From the NCBI GenBank assembly GCA_963845755.1, contig CAWJTV010000001.1, forward strand, positions 96,001 through 160,000: a DNA stretch of 64,000 nt. Reading direction: 5' to 3'. A program made the translations under genes and the position numbers. Source of the stretch: an uncultured Planctomycetota bacterium. Its GTDB lineage: Bacteria; Planctomycetota; Planctomycetia; Isosphaerales; Isosphaeraceae. Below are positions 22,985 through 33,332 of this stretch, in pieces. The stretch's first letter is position 1. Each line of letters starts with the position of its first letter. The notes below the pieces were generated by a model, which worked only from the letters and a program-made list of their open reading frames with translations, was not told the origin of the DNA and did no database searches.

Positions 22985-23989
22985 ATGGCGAAACGGAAAC
23001 ATCAACGAAGAACGGCTGACCGTGGTCGGGCGCGACAGGGACCCGCGGCCGACTATGATAGTCGCTGGAAGGAGGCATTGGATCGATACTTCGAGCAGTG
23101 CCTGGCCTTCTACTTCCCGCAGGCTCATGTCGAGATCGACTGGGACCGCGGGTATGAGATGCTGGACAAGGAGCTGCAACCGATCGTCCCTCAGTCGAAA
23201 CAGGGCCGGCGCTACGTTGACAAGCTGGTCAAGGTCTGGCTCAAGAGCGGGGAGGAACGTTGGCTTCTGATCCACATGGAAGTGCAGACCAGGAAGGAGG
23301 GCGACTTTCCCAAGCGGATGTATGTCTACAATCACCGGATCTTCGACCGCTACGATCGCCAGGTGATCAGCCTGGCGATCCTGACCGACGACAATCCCGA
23401 CTGGCGGCCGAGCCAGTACGAGTACGGCCGCTGGGGCTTCCACACCGGCACGACGTTTCCGATGGTCAAGCTCTTGGACTACGCGACGAACGACCAGGCG
23501 CTAGAGGCCCACCCGAACGCGTTCGCCCTGGTGGTGCTGGCCCACCTGAAGACTCTGGAGACGCGGCGTTCGCCGGCCGACCGGCAGGCCTGGAAACTAC
23601 GGCTGGTCAAGAAGCTGTACGAACGCGGGATGGATCGAGGGGATGTACGTCAGTTGTTCCGGTTCATCGACTGGATCATGGAGCTGCCGGAGGAACGGGA
23701 CCGGCTTTTCTGGGAAGCGATCACCACGTACCAGCAGGAGAAGCATATGCCGTTCGTCACGATTGCAGAACGAGTCGGCATGGAGAAGGGCCTACTCAAA
23801 AGTATCGAGGTATCCCTGGAGGTGAAGTTCGGCGCCGAGGGCTTGAAGCTGATGCCGGAGCTCCGTGAGATTCAAGACCACGTCTTGCTGGATAAGGTTC
23901 TTCATGCGATTCGGACAGCGGCCAGCCCGGACGAGCTGCGTCGAGTGTGGTCTCGCAAACGCCGGTCGAAGAAAACGAAGCCAGAGTGA
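22985..23989 (+). CDS. Rpn/transposase_31-like PD-(D/E)XK nuclease
   Basis: DYDSRWKEAL, YVDKLVKV, LLIHMEVQ and FPKRMYVYNHR motifs, with a helical C-terminal tail. Confidence 0.8.
   Translation: MAKRKHQRRTADRGRARQGPAADYDSRWKEALDRYFEQCLAFYFPQAHVEIDWDRGYEMLDKELQPIVPQSKQGRRYVDKLVKVWLKSGEERWLLIHMEVQTRKEGDFPKRMYVYNHRIFDRYDRQVISLAILTDDNPDWRPSQYEYGRWGFHTGTTFPMVKLLDYATNDQALEAHPNAFALVVLAHLKTLETRRSPADRQAWKLRLVKKLYERGMDRGDVRQLFRFIDWIMELPEERDRLFWEAITTYQQEKHMPFVTIAERVGMEKGLLKSIEVSLEVKFGAEGLKLMPELREIQDHVLLDKVLHAIRTAASPDELRRVWSRKRRSKKTKPE
23747..23989 (+). CDS. Putative nested in-frame small protein (RpnS-like antitoxin), 80 aa
   Basis: Internal AGGAG at 23736-23740, 6 nt before in-frame ATG 23747 (MPFVTIAERVGMEKG). 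Confidence 0.5.
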   Translation: MPFVTIAERVGMEKGLLKSIEVSLEVKFGAEGLKLMPELREIQDHVLLDKVLHAIRTAASPDELRRVWSRKRRSKKTKPE

Positions 23990-24019
23990 TCGTCGCGAGG
24001 ACACCACAACGGTCAAGGA

Positions 24020-26437
24020 CTATTCCCGCGCCTCGCCGATCAGGTCGGCGATGGTGCTCAAGAATGTTTGGTCGTGGAAGCTACTCTTGGTCAAATACGA
24101 GTTGGCACCGGCGTCGAGTCCCTTGATTCGGTCCTCCTCGCGGTCCTTGTACGAGACGACGACGACCGGGATCGATTGAAGCCGGGCATCTTCCTTGATG
24201 TGACGGACCAGTGCGATGCCGTCCATGCGGGGCATATCGATGTCGCTGACGACCAGGTCGTAATGGGTGGAGCGCACGGCGTTCCAGCCGTCGACGCCGT
24301 TGACAGCGACATCCACGGTATAGCCCCGGCTCTCGAGCAACTGCCGCTCCAGCTCGCGGACCGTGATCGAGTCATCGACGACGAGGATCCGCTTGACGGT
24401 GCGGGCGCGGTGCTCGGCCGCCACCTCCGCGGAGAGCTTGCCGAGCCGCCGACCGGAGAGGAGGTTGTCGACCGAGCGGACCAGATCCTCGACGTCAACG
24501 ATCAGGACCGGCCAGCCGTCTTCGAGCACCGAAGAGCTGTTGATGTTTGGTACCTTGCCGAGCCGGGCGTCCAGCGGCGAGACGCGCAAGTCGCGCTCGC
24601 CCAGGAACCGGTCGACCACGACGCCGAAGCGATGGCTGCGGTCGCTGGCGACCACCACGGGCAACGAGTCGGCGGCACGGTCGCCGATATCGTCGTCGAG
24701 CTCGAGGACACGGGTCGCGTTGACCAAGCCGACGAGCTGATCGTCCAGCAGGACGTGAGGTTTTCCCTCGAGGTCTCGGACATCCGCGCGATCGACTCTG
24801 AGGATGCGGTCGATCCGGCTGAGGGGGAAGGCATAGGGCTCGCCGGCAATCTCGACCAGCAGGGCTCGGATGACCGAGAACGTGATCGGCAACTGGAGGA
24901 TGAACCGCGCCCCCTTGCCGGGCTGGATGGTCACGCGGACCGAGCCGCGTGCCGAGTGCACCATGCTCTGCACGACGTCGAGACCCACGCCGCGGCCGGA
25001 GACCTCCGTGACCTGCTCTTTCGTGGTGAAGCCCGGCAGGAAGAGGAAATCGAGCAGCTCGGCCTCGCTGAGCTGCCGGGCCATTGTGGCGCTGGTCAAC
25101 CCGCGCTCGACGACCTTGGCGCGGAGTCGTTCGAGATCGACGCCGCGCCCGTCGTCGCTGAGGACGATCTGGAGCATCCCCGCGCGGTGGCGTGCCTCCA
25201 GTCGAATTGTCGCCACCGGAGGCTTGCCGGCGGCCCGCCGGTCTTCGGGCGGTTCGACACCGTGGTCGAGCGCATTGCGGATCAAGTGGTTGAGCGGCGC
25301 CTCGAGGCGGTCGAGTACGTCGCGATCGACACCGGTGGCCTCGCCGTAGACCTCGAACCGCGCCTGCTTGCCCAGCTCCCGGGCCATGTCGCGGACCAGG
25401 CGCGGAAAGCCGCGAATTCCGTCGGCCAGCGGCCGCATCCGGCTGGCCAGCACCTCATGGTGCAGACGGCTGGAGAGATCCTCGCTGGCATGGGCGAACG
25501 CCTCGACCGCCTCGACCGTATCGCCCAAACTCTGCAAGTCCTCGGCGGCGCGAGACCGGGCCTTCGCCAGCAGCTCCTGCCCGGCGGCAGACAGCCGCGG
25601 CCGCAGATCGCCCGCTCCCATAACGGTGCCGGCGAACCGGTCCTCCAGGTTCTGCAAGGACTCCAGCAGGCCGATCTGCCGCTTCCTTAGCTGCCAGAGC
25701 GCGTCTACCAGCGGCCGGAGCCGGTGGCTCTGCACCAGGGATTCGCCCGCCAAGCCCATCAGCCGGGTCAGGCTCTCGGCGGTGACGCGCACAACGCCTC
25801 CGCTGGGGACTGGAGATTGGGGAGTAGGGGATGGGGAGTCAGGGGTGGGGGGTAAAGAGCGATCGGGCTCCTCCAGAGGCCGCGTCGCCGCGGGGGGGGG
25901 CGGCTCCGTTCGATCGGGCTCGAGGCTGTGTTCTGCGAGACCTTCGGTCGGCGGATGGGCGGCGTCGGGAGAACCGCGCCCATCACGAGTCCCCTCTCCC
26001 CGCTCCCCCCTCTGCACGCCCGAAGGTCCCCGGCCTTCCTTGACAGCGGTCAAGTCGGCCACCAAGGCGTCGATCTCGGCGGCGTGATCGGCTTGCCAGG
26101 ACTCCAGCTCCGGCTCGGCGAGCTGCGAGATCTGGACCAGCATGTCGACTCCGCGCAGCAGGATGTCAACATGTTCCGGTTCGAGGGTGAGCTGTCCTTT
26201 CTGGGCCGCGACGAACGCGTCTTCCATCGCGTGCGCGACCCGGACGGCGGCGTCGAGCCCGACGATCCGCGCCGCCCCCTTGAGCGAGTGGGCCGCGCGC
26301 ATCAAGGGTTCGATCACCTCGGGCGAGGCCGACACGCCTTCCAGCGCGACCAGTCCCGATGACAGCGTGGCCGTGTGGCTCTCCGCCTCCATGCGAAACA
26401 GTTCCAGCAGGGAGAAGCCGCTCAGGTCGTCGCTCAC
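24020..26437 (-). CDS. wspE: CheA-CheY hybrid histidine kinase (WspE-like)
   Basis: Hpt LMRAAHSLKGAAR, HLIRNALDHG, SGRGVGLDVV, CheW domain and C-terminal receiver ILVVDDS...SDIDMPRMDG. GTG start overlaps the upstream stop. Confidence 0.88.
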   Translation of the reverse strand: MSDDLSGFSLLELFRMEAESHTATLSSGLVALEGVSASPEVIEPLMRAAHSLKGAARIVGLDAAVRVAHAMEDAFVAAQKGQLTLEPEHVDILLRGVDMLVQISQLAEPELESWQADHAAEIDALVADLTAVKEGRGPSGVQRGERGEGTRDGRGSPDAAHPPTEGLAEHSLEPDRTEPPPPAATRPLEEPDRSLPPTPDSPSPTPQSPVPSGGVVRVTAESLTRLMGLAGESLVQSHRLRPLVDALWQLRKRQIGLLESLQNLEDRFAGTVMGAGDLRPRLSAAGQELLAKARSRAAEDLQSLGDTVEAVEAFAHASEDLSSRLHHEVLASRMRPLADGIRGFPRLVRDMARELGKQARFEVYGEATGVDRDVLDRLEAPLNHLIRNALDHGVEPPEDRRAAGKPPVATIRLEARHRAGMLQIVLSDDGRGVDLERLRAKVVERGLTSATMARQLSEAELLDFLFLPGFTTKEQVTEVSGRGVGLDVVQSMVHSARGSVRVTIQPGKGARFILQLPITFSVIRALLVEIAGEPYAFPLSRIDRILRVDRADVRDLEGKPHVLLDDQLVGLVNATRVLELDDDIGDRAADSLPVVVASDRSHRFGVVVDRFLGERDLRVSPLDARLGKVPNINSSSVLEDGWPVLIVDVEDLVRSVDNLLSGRRLGKLSAEVAAEHRARTVKRILVVDDSITVRELERQLLESRGYTVDVAVNGVDGWNAVRSTHYDLVVSDIDMPRMDGIALVRHIKEDARLQSIPVVVVSYKDREEDRIKGLDAGANSYLTKSSFHDQTFLSTIADLIGEARE

Positions 26438-27199
26438 GGCTGGAGGCTCCGAAAGGCGGCAAAGACCCGCTGCTCGTCGAGCAGGCCGATGCTCCGCCCG
26501 TTCCAGGACAGGACCGCCTGGCTGAACGCCACGGCCGGATTGATCAGGGTCGAAGGAACGGTGCGCCGACTGGCTGCGAGGCAAGCGATGGACGCCCAGG
26601 ACCTCGTCCGCCGCGAACGTCCAGGTCTCGGCCCGGCCACGATCCCGGAGCACGACCAGCCGCCCGGACGAAGGAGACACGGATGCGTCCACGCCCAGCA
26701 ACCCATGCAGCGAGATGCAAAGCTCGGCCCGTCCTTGCAAATTGACGAGTCCGGCGAAGGTCCGGTTCGAGCGATGGGGGACCCGGTGCACCGGCCGGGG
26801 CGTGGTCACCTCGGCGACCGTGCGGGTGCGGAAGGCCAGCCATTCGGTACCCAGCCGGAAGATCAGGATGCTGACGCCCTCTCGTTGAGCGAGGGTGCCG
26901 CCGTCCTCCGCGACCTCATCGCCATCCGCTTCCATCCCTCTGGACGGCCCCAGGCCGTCGGTGTCGGCGAGCCACCGGGTCCACTCCGCCAGGTATCCCT
27001 CGGGGGCGGGCCTGTCGAAGAAGCCGCGCGCAGCGGCCGTGAATACCGGACAGTTCCTGCAGTGGACAAATGAAGTAAGCTCCGGGCAACTCCGATCCCC
27101 AGCCACGCCGATGCGATGCCAACATCCGTCCTCGGCGACTGGCTGCCGCAGCGGACCAGCCTCCGAGGTGTGAACCGTTGTCGATGCGCCGACCGTCAT
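26434..27199 (-). CDS. wspD: CheW-like adaptor with Cys-rich N-terminus (WspD-like; one frameshift)
   Basis: CWHRIGVAGDRSCPEL...HCRNCPVF and VHRVPHR...GLVNLQG. Confidence 0.85.
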
Positions 27200-28525
27200 C
27201 GTCGTTCACCTCCTTCGGGCCTCGTGTTGGCCGACGTCCGCGAGGCACGACGGCGGAATCCGGCCGCCGCGCCACGATCGCCGCGCCGCTCTGCCAGCAG
27301 CGCCAGGGCCAGCAGCGCCTCATCATGCTTCGGGTCGAGGTAGACCGTCTTGTGAAAACACTCCTCGGCCCGACGTCGGTCGCCGGCCGACTGGCAGATC
27401 ATCCCCATCAGATAATACACCGAGGAGCCGGGGCCCTTCTGCCGAAGGTGCCTCTCACACATCGCGATCGCCTCCGAATGCCGGCCCTGGTTGGCCAGCT
27501 TCTCAGCCTGTTCCAGGATCCCGGGAGGCATCTTGGAAGGATGAAGGATGAAGGATGAAGGATGAGTCGGGGCGGATGGATTCGGGCTTGATGCCTCAGC
27601 CTTGAGCCTCTCCTGATTCGGCTGAGCCAGAGCCGGATGGAGGGCCGCTTCCGGGGAACGCTCGGCCGGCGGACGGGCGGGGTCAAGAGACCCAGACCCA
27701 ACCCCGGAAAGGCGAGTTGGCTTACTCGCAGCCTTGCGATAGACAAAGCACCCCGGCTCGCCGGCCGGTGCGAAGCGCGACGGCTCGCCGGCGAGATCGA
27801 GCCGGTCGGCGTGACCGATGAAGAGCACTCCGTCGGCCGCGAGCAGGCGGTCGAGCAGCGCCAAGACGCGGGCGCGGGCCGGGACGTCGAGATAGATCAA
27901 CAGGTTGCGGCAGAACACCACGTCATAGGGAGACGACCCTTCGAGCAGGTTCGGTTCGAGCGCGCTGGCCTGGAAGAACCGGACCGTCGATCGGATGGTG
28001 GGGTCCATCTCGTAACCCTCGGCATGGGCGCGGAAGTACTGCGCCCGGCTGCCGAGGTCGGAGCCCCGGAAAGCATTAGCCGAATAAACGCCGCGCCGGG
28101 CGACGGCCAGCCGCCGGGCGCTGACGTCCATCGCGTCGAGTTGGAACCGACGTGCCGGCAGGCCCACGTCCCTCATCGTCATCGCGATCGAGTACGGCTC
28201 CTCACCTCCGGCACAGGCCAAGCTCAGGATCCGCAGTGGCCGACGCGCTGGATCGCCCACCCACCGCTCGCGGACATAATCCGATAGCCAGCAGAACGGG
28301 CGATCGTCCCGGAAGAACCAGCTCTCCGGGACCACAACCTCCTCGATCAGCTCGTGCAGTTCCTCCTCCGATTGGACCACTCGCGACGCATAGACACTCA
28401 GGTCGCCCAGACCGAGCGCCGCCATCCGCCGCCGCGCCGCGCAGGATCAGGTGAGGACCCAGCGTGACCGGATCCAGCCCGATCCGCCGTGCCAGCAACC
28501 GCTCGATGGCCTTTTGGTCCGTCAT
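27196..28525 (-). CDS. wspC: CheR methyltransferase with TPR (WspC-like; one frameshift)
   Basis: VVPESWFFRD, LACAGGEEPYS, FCRNLLIY and TPR VYLDPKHDEAL. Start MTDQKAIERLL. Confidence 0.87.
27536..27563. repeat. Perfect heptamer tandem repeat (GAAGGAT)x4 in the CheR-TPR linker
   Basis: Read directly from the sequence; encodes HPSSFILHPS on the minus strand. Confidence 0.85.
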
Positions 28526-28787
28526 TGGTCCTTGAGTCCTTGGGTTTCTCGAGCGACGATTCCACCCGGTTCGCCGGGAATCGAGTTGCTGACCTGCTGA
28601 CCGACATCCCCGCACCGACCGCCGGGAACCGGGACTCCGACGAATGGCGGCAAAGGCCGAAGATCGAGGACCCAGGGTGCTTCACCAACGAGTTGCGCCC
28701 GCCACCGCCCCCGAGGGCCGCGAACCTGAGAACAGGTGGAAGAACAGGTGCGGCACCCGGCCCTCGATTCACCAGCTCCCCCGTAAC

Positions 28788-28808
28788 AAATAAAATATTA
28801 TTTTATTT
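28788..28808. promoter_or_regulatory. Perfect AT-only palindrome AAATAAAAT-ATT-ATTTTATTT
   Basis: 9-bp perfect inverted repeat inside an AT island in the wspB-wspC gap. Confidence 0.4.
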
Positions 28809-28820
28809 ATATAAAAATAA

Positions 28821-29360
28821 TTAATGCATCCTATCTGTTTCCGGGCCGCTCCAGAGACCTGGGGATCTCAGGCCCAAGGACAATCGGGAAACTCCGACCA
28901 ACGGCACGAACTCCCGGTCGGTCCGGGCGATCATCTCGAGGTAGGGCGCTTGGGGCAGGGACACCGGTGCGGGGACCACCTGTTCCGGCTGGACCCGAGT
29001 CAGGTCGCCGACATGCTCGGCGATCAGCCCGATGAGGCCCCGGTCCGGATTCGCGTCCCGCGGAGGCAGCCCGGGTTCCCCGGCCGGTCCGGGCCGATCG
29101 CCCTCCGATTGATTGTGATCGTACGGCTCGGCTTTGACCAGGATGATCCGGGTGCTGAGCCGATCCGGACAGGGGCTCGTGCCCAGGAGCAAGCCCAGGT
29201 CGATCACGGGCACGACCTGACCTCGATATCCCAGGAACCCGGCCAGGAAGCCCGGCGCGTGCGGGATGAGTCGGAGCTCGACCCGGGGCACCAGCTCGAC
29301 GACCTGCGCCACGTCGACCCCGTAACGATTCCCGGCGGCTGTAAAGGTCAGGATGAGCAT
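28821..29360 (-). CDS. wspB: CheW-like adaptor (WspB-like)
   Basis: IPHAPGFLAGFLGYRGQVVPVIDL...LSTRIILV. Confidence 0.85.
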   Translation of the reverse strand: MLILTFTAAGNRYGVDVAQVVELVPRVELRLIPHAPGFLAGFLGYRGQVVPVIDLGLLLGTSPCPDRLSTRIILVKAEPYDHNQSEGDRPGPAGEPGLPPRDANPDRGLIGLIAEHVGDLTRVQPEQVVPAPVSLPQAPYLEMIARTDREFVPLVGVSRLSLGLRSPGLWSGPETDRMH

Positions 29361-29368
29361 CAGTCAAA

Positions 29369-29502
29369 CTCCCTCCCCTGGTCGGGGAGGTGGCCGCAGG
29401 CCGGGGGGGTTCTCCGCACCACTCCAAACCACCCCTATCCCATCAAGGCGAGGGGAGGTTCCCGCCCCACCGTCAATCCCTCCCCCACCGGGGGGGAGGG
29501 AG
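29369..29502. repeat. GC-rich palindromic REP-like element at the MCP/CheW junction
   Basis: Hairpins CCTCCCC-TGGTC-GGGGAGG and TCCCTCCCCC-ACCGG-GGGGGAGGGA; the MCP C-terminus reads through part of it. Confidence 0.5.
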
Positions 29503-31538
29503 ATGAGGGACCAAGATTGAATCGCGAGACTTCCTCCTTGACGCTGTCGACGGCCTCGCGGAGCCGTTCGGTGGCCTTGTTGAACTCGCGGAGGGAGCCG
29601 GAGGTCTGGCTGGCGGCCTCGCTCAGGCGGGTCATGGCCTCGCGGATCTGGTCGGCCCCTTGCGACTGGACTGCGCATGCCCTCGGTGACCTGGTCGAAG
29701 CGATCGCCCAGACCCTGAACTCCGCTGATGATCTGGCCGAGCTGTCCGCCAATCTGGCCAACGTCGCCGACGACCGTGCGGACCTGCTCGCTGAACTTGT
29801 CCATCTCCATGACGCCGGCCGAGACGCTGTACTGCATCTCCTTGACCATGCGCTCGATATCGAGGGTGGCGACGGCGGTCTGGTCGGCCAGCCGGCGGAT
29901 CTCGCGGGCGACGACCAGGAAGCCCAATCCATATTCGCCGGCTTTCTCGGCCTCGATCGCCGCGTTGATCGAGAGCAGGTTGGTCTGGTCGGCGACCTTG
30001 GTGATGGTGGTCACGACGACATTGATGTTGGCGGCACGTTCGCTGATGACCGAGAGCTTCGAACCGATCGATTCGGTCGACTCGGCGAGCTGGCGCATGG
30101 TGTGGTCCATGCTGGTGAGGCCCTGCTGTCCCGTGGAGGCCATCCGGGCCGTCTGGTTGGCGACCTGGTTCACCTCGCTCATGGTCTTGAGCAGCTCCTG
30201 GCTGGTCGCCGAGATCTCGTTGACGGCGGCAGCGGCCTCGTTGGTCGAGGCGCTGTACTCGTAGATGGACTGCTCCTGCTGCCGGCTGGCGGCGGAGATC
30301 TCGGTGGCCGTCGACAACAGCGTGATGCTCGAGCGCTGGATCTTGGCGATCAACGAGCGGAGGTCCTGGACCATCTTGCGGATCGCCTGGAGGAGCGTGC
30401 CGGTCTCGCCCGGTGCCCGGCCTTCGCAGGCGGCCGTGAGGTCGCCGGAGGCGACGCGTTCGGCGGCCAGGGCGGCCTCGCGGACCGGCCTCGTGATCGT
30501 CCGCGCCAGCCAGAGGGCCACCGCCGTCACGATCAATACCGTCGTCGAGAGGAGCAAGGCGACCACCCACCGCTGCTGGTCGATCAGCGCGAACGCCTCA
30601 TCGACATCTTGTTTGACCACCATCCCCCAGCGATAGGAAGGGAGGTACGACCAGACGGCAAGGACATTCTTACCGCGGTAGTCGGTCGTCTCGCCGTAGC
30701 CGCGCTGGCCCTGGACGCCCCGCTCCATGGCGATGGCTTTCCCGCTACCGATCTGCACACGCCGGTTGACCAACGCCTTCGGTTGATCGCGCGACGGGGC
30801 GACGAACCACATCTCGGCCCCGTTGCGGCTGGCCACCACGGTCTCGCCCGTCTCGCCCAGTCCACTGTAGTCCTTGAAGACCCGGAACACTTGCTGGTTG
30901 CCCAGCTCCAGGGCCACGAAGCCGATGATCCGCCCCTGCGTGTTAAAGACCGGACTGGCAATGAACGCCGCCGGCTCGTTCCGGTTCGCGTACAACTGGT
31001 AATCCGAGACTTCGATCTGCAAGAGCGTGCGAACCCGATCGAACACCTCGGCCAGCTCGCTGTCCTTGAGCGGACCGTTCAAAAGGTTCGCGCCCAGGTC
31101 GAGATCCGCCTTGAGCCGGAACAGCACCGTCCCATCCGTGTCGAACAGGTAGGCATTGGCATAGCCGAACGCATCGACGAAATTCGACATGACCGGGCGC
31201 AACGAGCGATCCACCTCGAGATAGGCCGGTGAATCGAGAGACTCCTTCCGCAGGACCTCCTTCACCTTGGGGATCATGTTCACGAGGGCCGGGTAGCGGC
31301 TCGCCACGTTCAGGTCGCCGCGGCGCTCGCGGATGTAGGTCTCGAGCTGGGTGGTCTTGGCGTCGGAGATCGCCAGCAATCCCTGGCGCACCGTCTTCTT
31401 CAAGGACTGATTAGAGACGAACGAGGTCACGATCGTGAGCACGGCGCACGGGATCAGCGAGAACGCCAGGAACCAGGCCAGCAACCGGGTGCTGATGCTC
31501 ATCCGGGAGAATCCGAAGGAATCCCATCGCGAGGTCAT
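29435..31538 (-). CDS. wspA: Methyl-accepting chemotaxis protein with Cache sensor and HAMP domain (WspA-like; one frameshift)
   Basis: Two TM helices, GLGETGET Cache motif, and [34 protein letters not shown] signalling domain. Confidence 0.87.
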
Positions 31539-31717
31539 GGCCGGTGGCACCTGGACGAATGGAAGGCAGGATCGGGCACGTTCGATCCGACGGAAACGGA
31601 CCGAGAGCCCGCGAAAAAAACGACCCAAAATAACGCAACTATCAAACTAACCTTAAATAAATATTCTAACGTAATTGAATCTTGAATCTTGATTATTTGG
31701 ATTACTTTCCGATCCTT

Positions 31718-33079
31718 TTACGAACTCACAGCCGATCTCGCCCCGGTGGCCAGGTGGTCCGTTGCCCGCTTCCCCGCGGGTGACGAACCGGACGTGCCCT
31801 CGGCGCGGCGCGAACCCGCGGGGGGGACCGGGTTGGCCCAGCCGCCCCAGGTCCGGTACAAGTTGTCGAGGAACGACTCCCATTCCGAATGCGACCGCGA
31901 GCTGGGATACGGGATCGGCCGCACCGGCTTCTCCGAGTTCCAGACCAGGTCGAACTGGCCGTCGGCCCGAATCTTGCCGATGTACACCGGCCGCCAGGTG
32001 TGCTGGGTTTCGTAGTCGATCGACACGATACCCTCCGGCGCATTGAGGCTTTGCCGGCGGATGACCTTGATCACGTCGGCGACCTCGGCGGACTCGGCCT
32101 CGGCCACGGCTTGCGCCGACAAGTAGACGCTGTTGTACGCCGCCTCGATCACATCGCTGGTGACGCGGTCGCTGCCGTATCTCGCCTGAAACCTCCGGAC
32201 AAACTCCCGGTTCTCAGCCCTGTCGATCGACTGGAAGTAATCCCAGGCCGCGTAATCTCCCACCATGTCACGAAGCGGGAGCTGCCGCAGTTCATCTTCG
32301 GCGATGCTGAAGGACAGTACGGGGGTCCGCTGGGGGAGGATCCCGGCCGCTTTCAGTCGCTGATAGAACGGCTTGTTGCTATCCCCCACCACGGTGCTGA
32401 TGATGACGTCGGGAGCCGCCTTCGCGATCGCCTGCACGGCTGCGTCCACCTCGGCGCTGCCGAAGAAGATGTACGACTCGCCGACGCACTCGACCCCGAG
32501 GGCCTTGAGCTGATCCTTGATGATCTCGTTGACGCAGTGGGGCCACACGTAATCCGAGCCGACCAGGAAGAACTTCCGCGCCTTGAGGCTCTCGTGACAC
32601 CAGCTCACGGCGGGGATCACCTGCTGGTTGGGCGCCGCGCCGGTGTAGATGATGTTGGGCGACTGCTCCAGGCCCTCGTACGCCATGGGGTAGATCAGCA
32701 GATGCGACCTCGCCTCGACGACCGGCTTGACGCTCTTGCGACTGGCCGAGGTCCAGCAACCGAAGATCACGCTGACCTTGTCCGTCTCGATCAAGCGTTG
32801 CGCTTCCCTCGCGAACGTCGGCCAGTCCGACTGTCCGTCGGCGACCACCCACTCGACCCGTCGACCACCCAGCAGGCCACCCGCCGCGTTGATCTCCTCC
32901 AGCGCCAGGACTTCCGCATGGATCATCGATTTCTCGCTGATCTCCATCGGACCGGTCTGGGAGTGGAGGATCCCGACCCGGATCGGCGGCGCAACCTGGC
33001 CGATGAGGCGGGAGCCCCATCGCATCGCCACCGCGGCCAGCACCGCCAGTCCGATCAGAGCGGCCAGCCATCGCCTCAT
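31718..33079 (-). CDS. Urea/short-chain amide binding protein (UrtA/AmiC family)
   Basis: IRVGILHSQTGPMEISE, FGCWTSASRK, YEGLE, GAAPNQQ and VGSDYVWP motifs, with an N-terminal anchor/signal. Confidence 0.88.
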   Translation of the reverse strand: MRRWLAALIGLAVLAAVAMRWGSRLIGQVAPPIRVGILHSQTGPMEISEKSMIHAEVLALEEINAAGGLLGGRRVEWVVADGQSDWPTFAREAQRLIETDKVSVIFGCWTSASRKSVKPVVEARSHLLIYPMAYEGLEQSPNIIYTGAAPNQQVIPAVSWCHESLKARKFFLVGSDYVWPHCVNEIIKDQLKALGVECVGESYIFFGSAEVDAAVQAIAKAAPDVIISTVVGDSNKPFYQRLKAAGILPQRTPVLSFSIAEDELRQLPLRDMVGDYAAWDYFQSIDRAENREFVRRFQARYGSDRVTSDVIEAAYNSVYLSAQAVAEAESAEVADVIKVIRRQSLNAPEGIVSIDYETQHTWRPVYIGKIRADGQFDLVWNSEKPVRPIPYPSSRSHSEWESFLDNLYRTWGGWANPVPPAGSRRAEGTSGSSPAGKRATDHLATGARSAVSS

Positions 33080-33332
33080 GTCCCGCCCCTTGTTGTCAAT
33101 GCATGGATGCAACGCGCGTTCCACGACCGCCACGGGCAACGCCCACCGTGTCAAAATAGATGCTACCCGCAAAGATTATAACTGACGTCAAGCGATCGGA
33201 TTGGAAAGACTGGGAGTTGGGCGTCGATTTCTTCGGCAGGACCGATGCCTTTTGCCCGAACCATGCATTAGGATGTCGCGGTTGAGATCGGGTTCGCCGT
33301 CCGATGAACCGGGTTTGGAGGGGGTCGATGCC

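Noticed and set aside
24020..27199. 1059-aa CheW-CheA fusion in the ORF track
   Set aside because: Caused by a frameshift in wspD. Its true C-terminus ends at 26434 and overlaps the CheA GTG at 26437.
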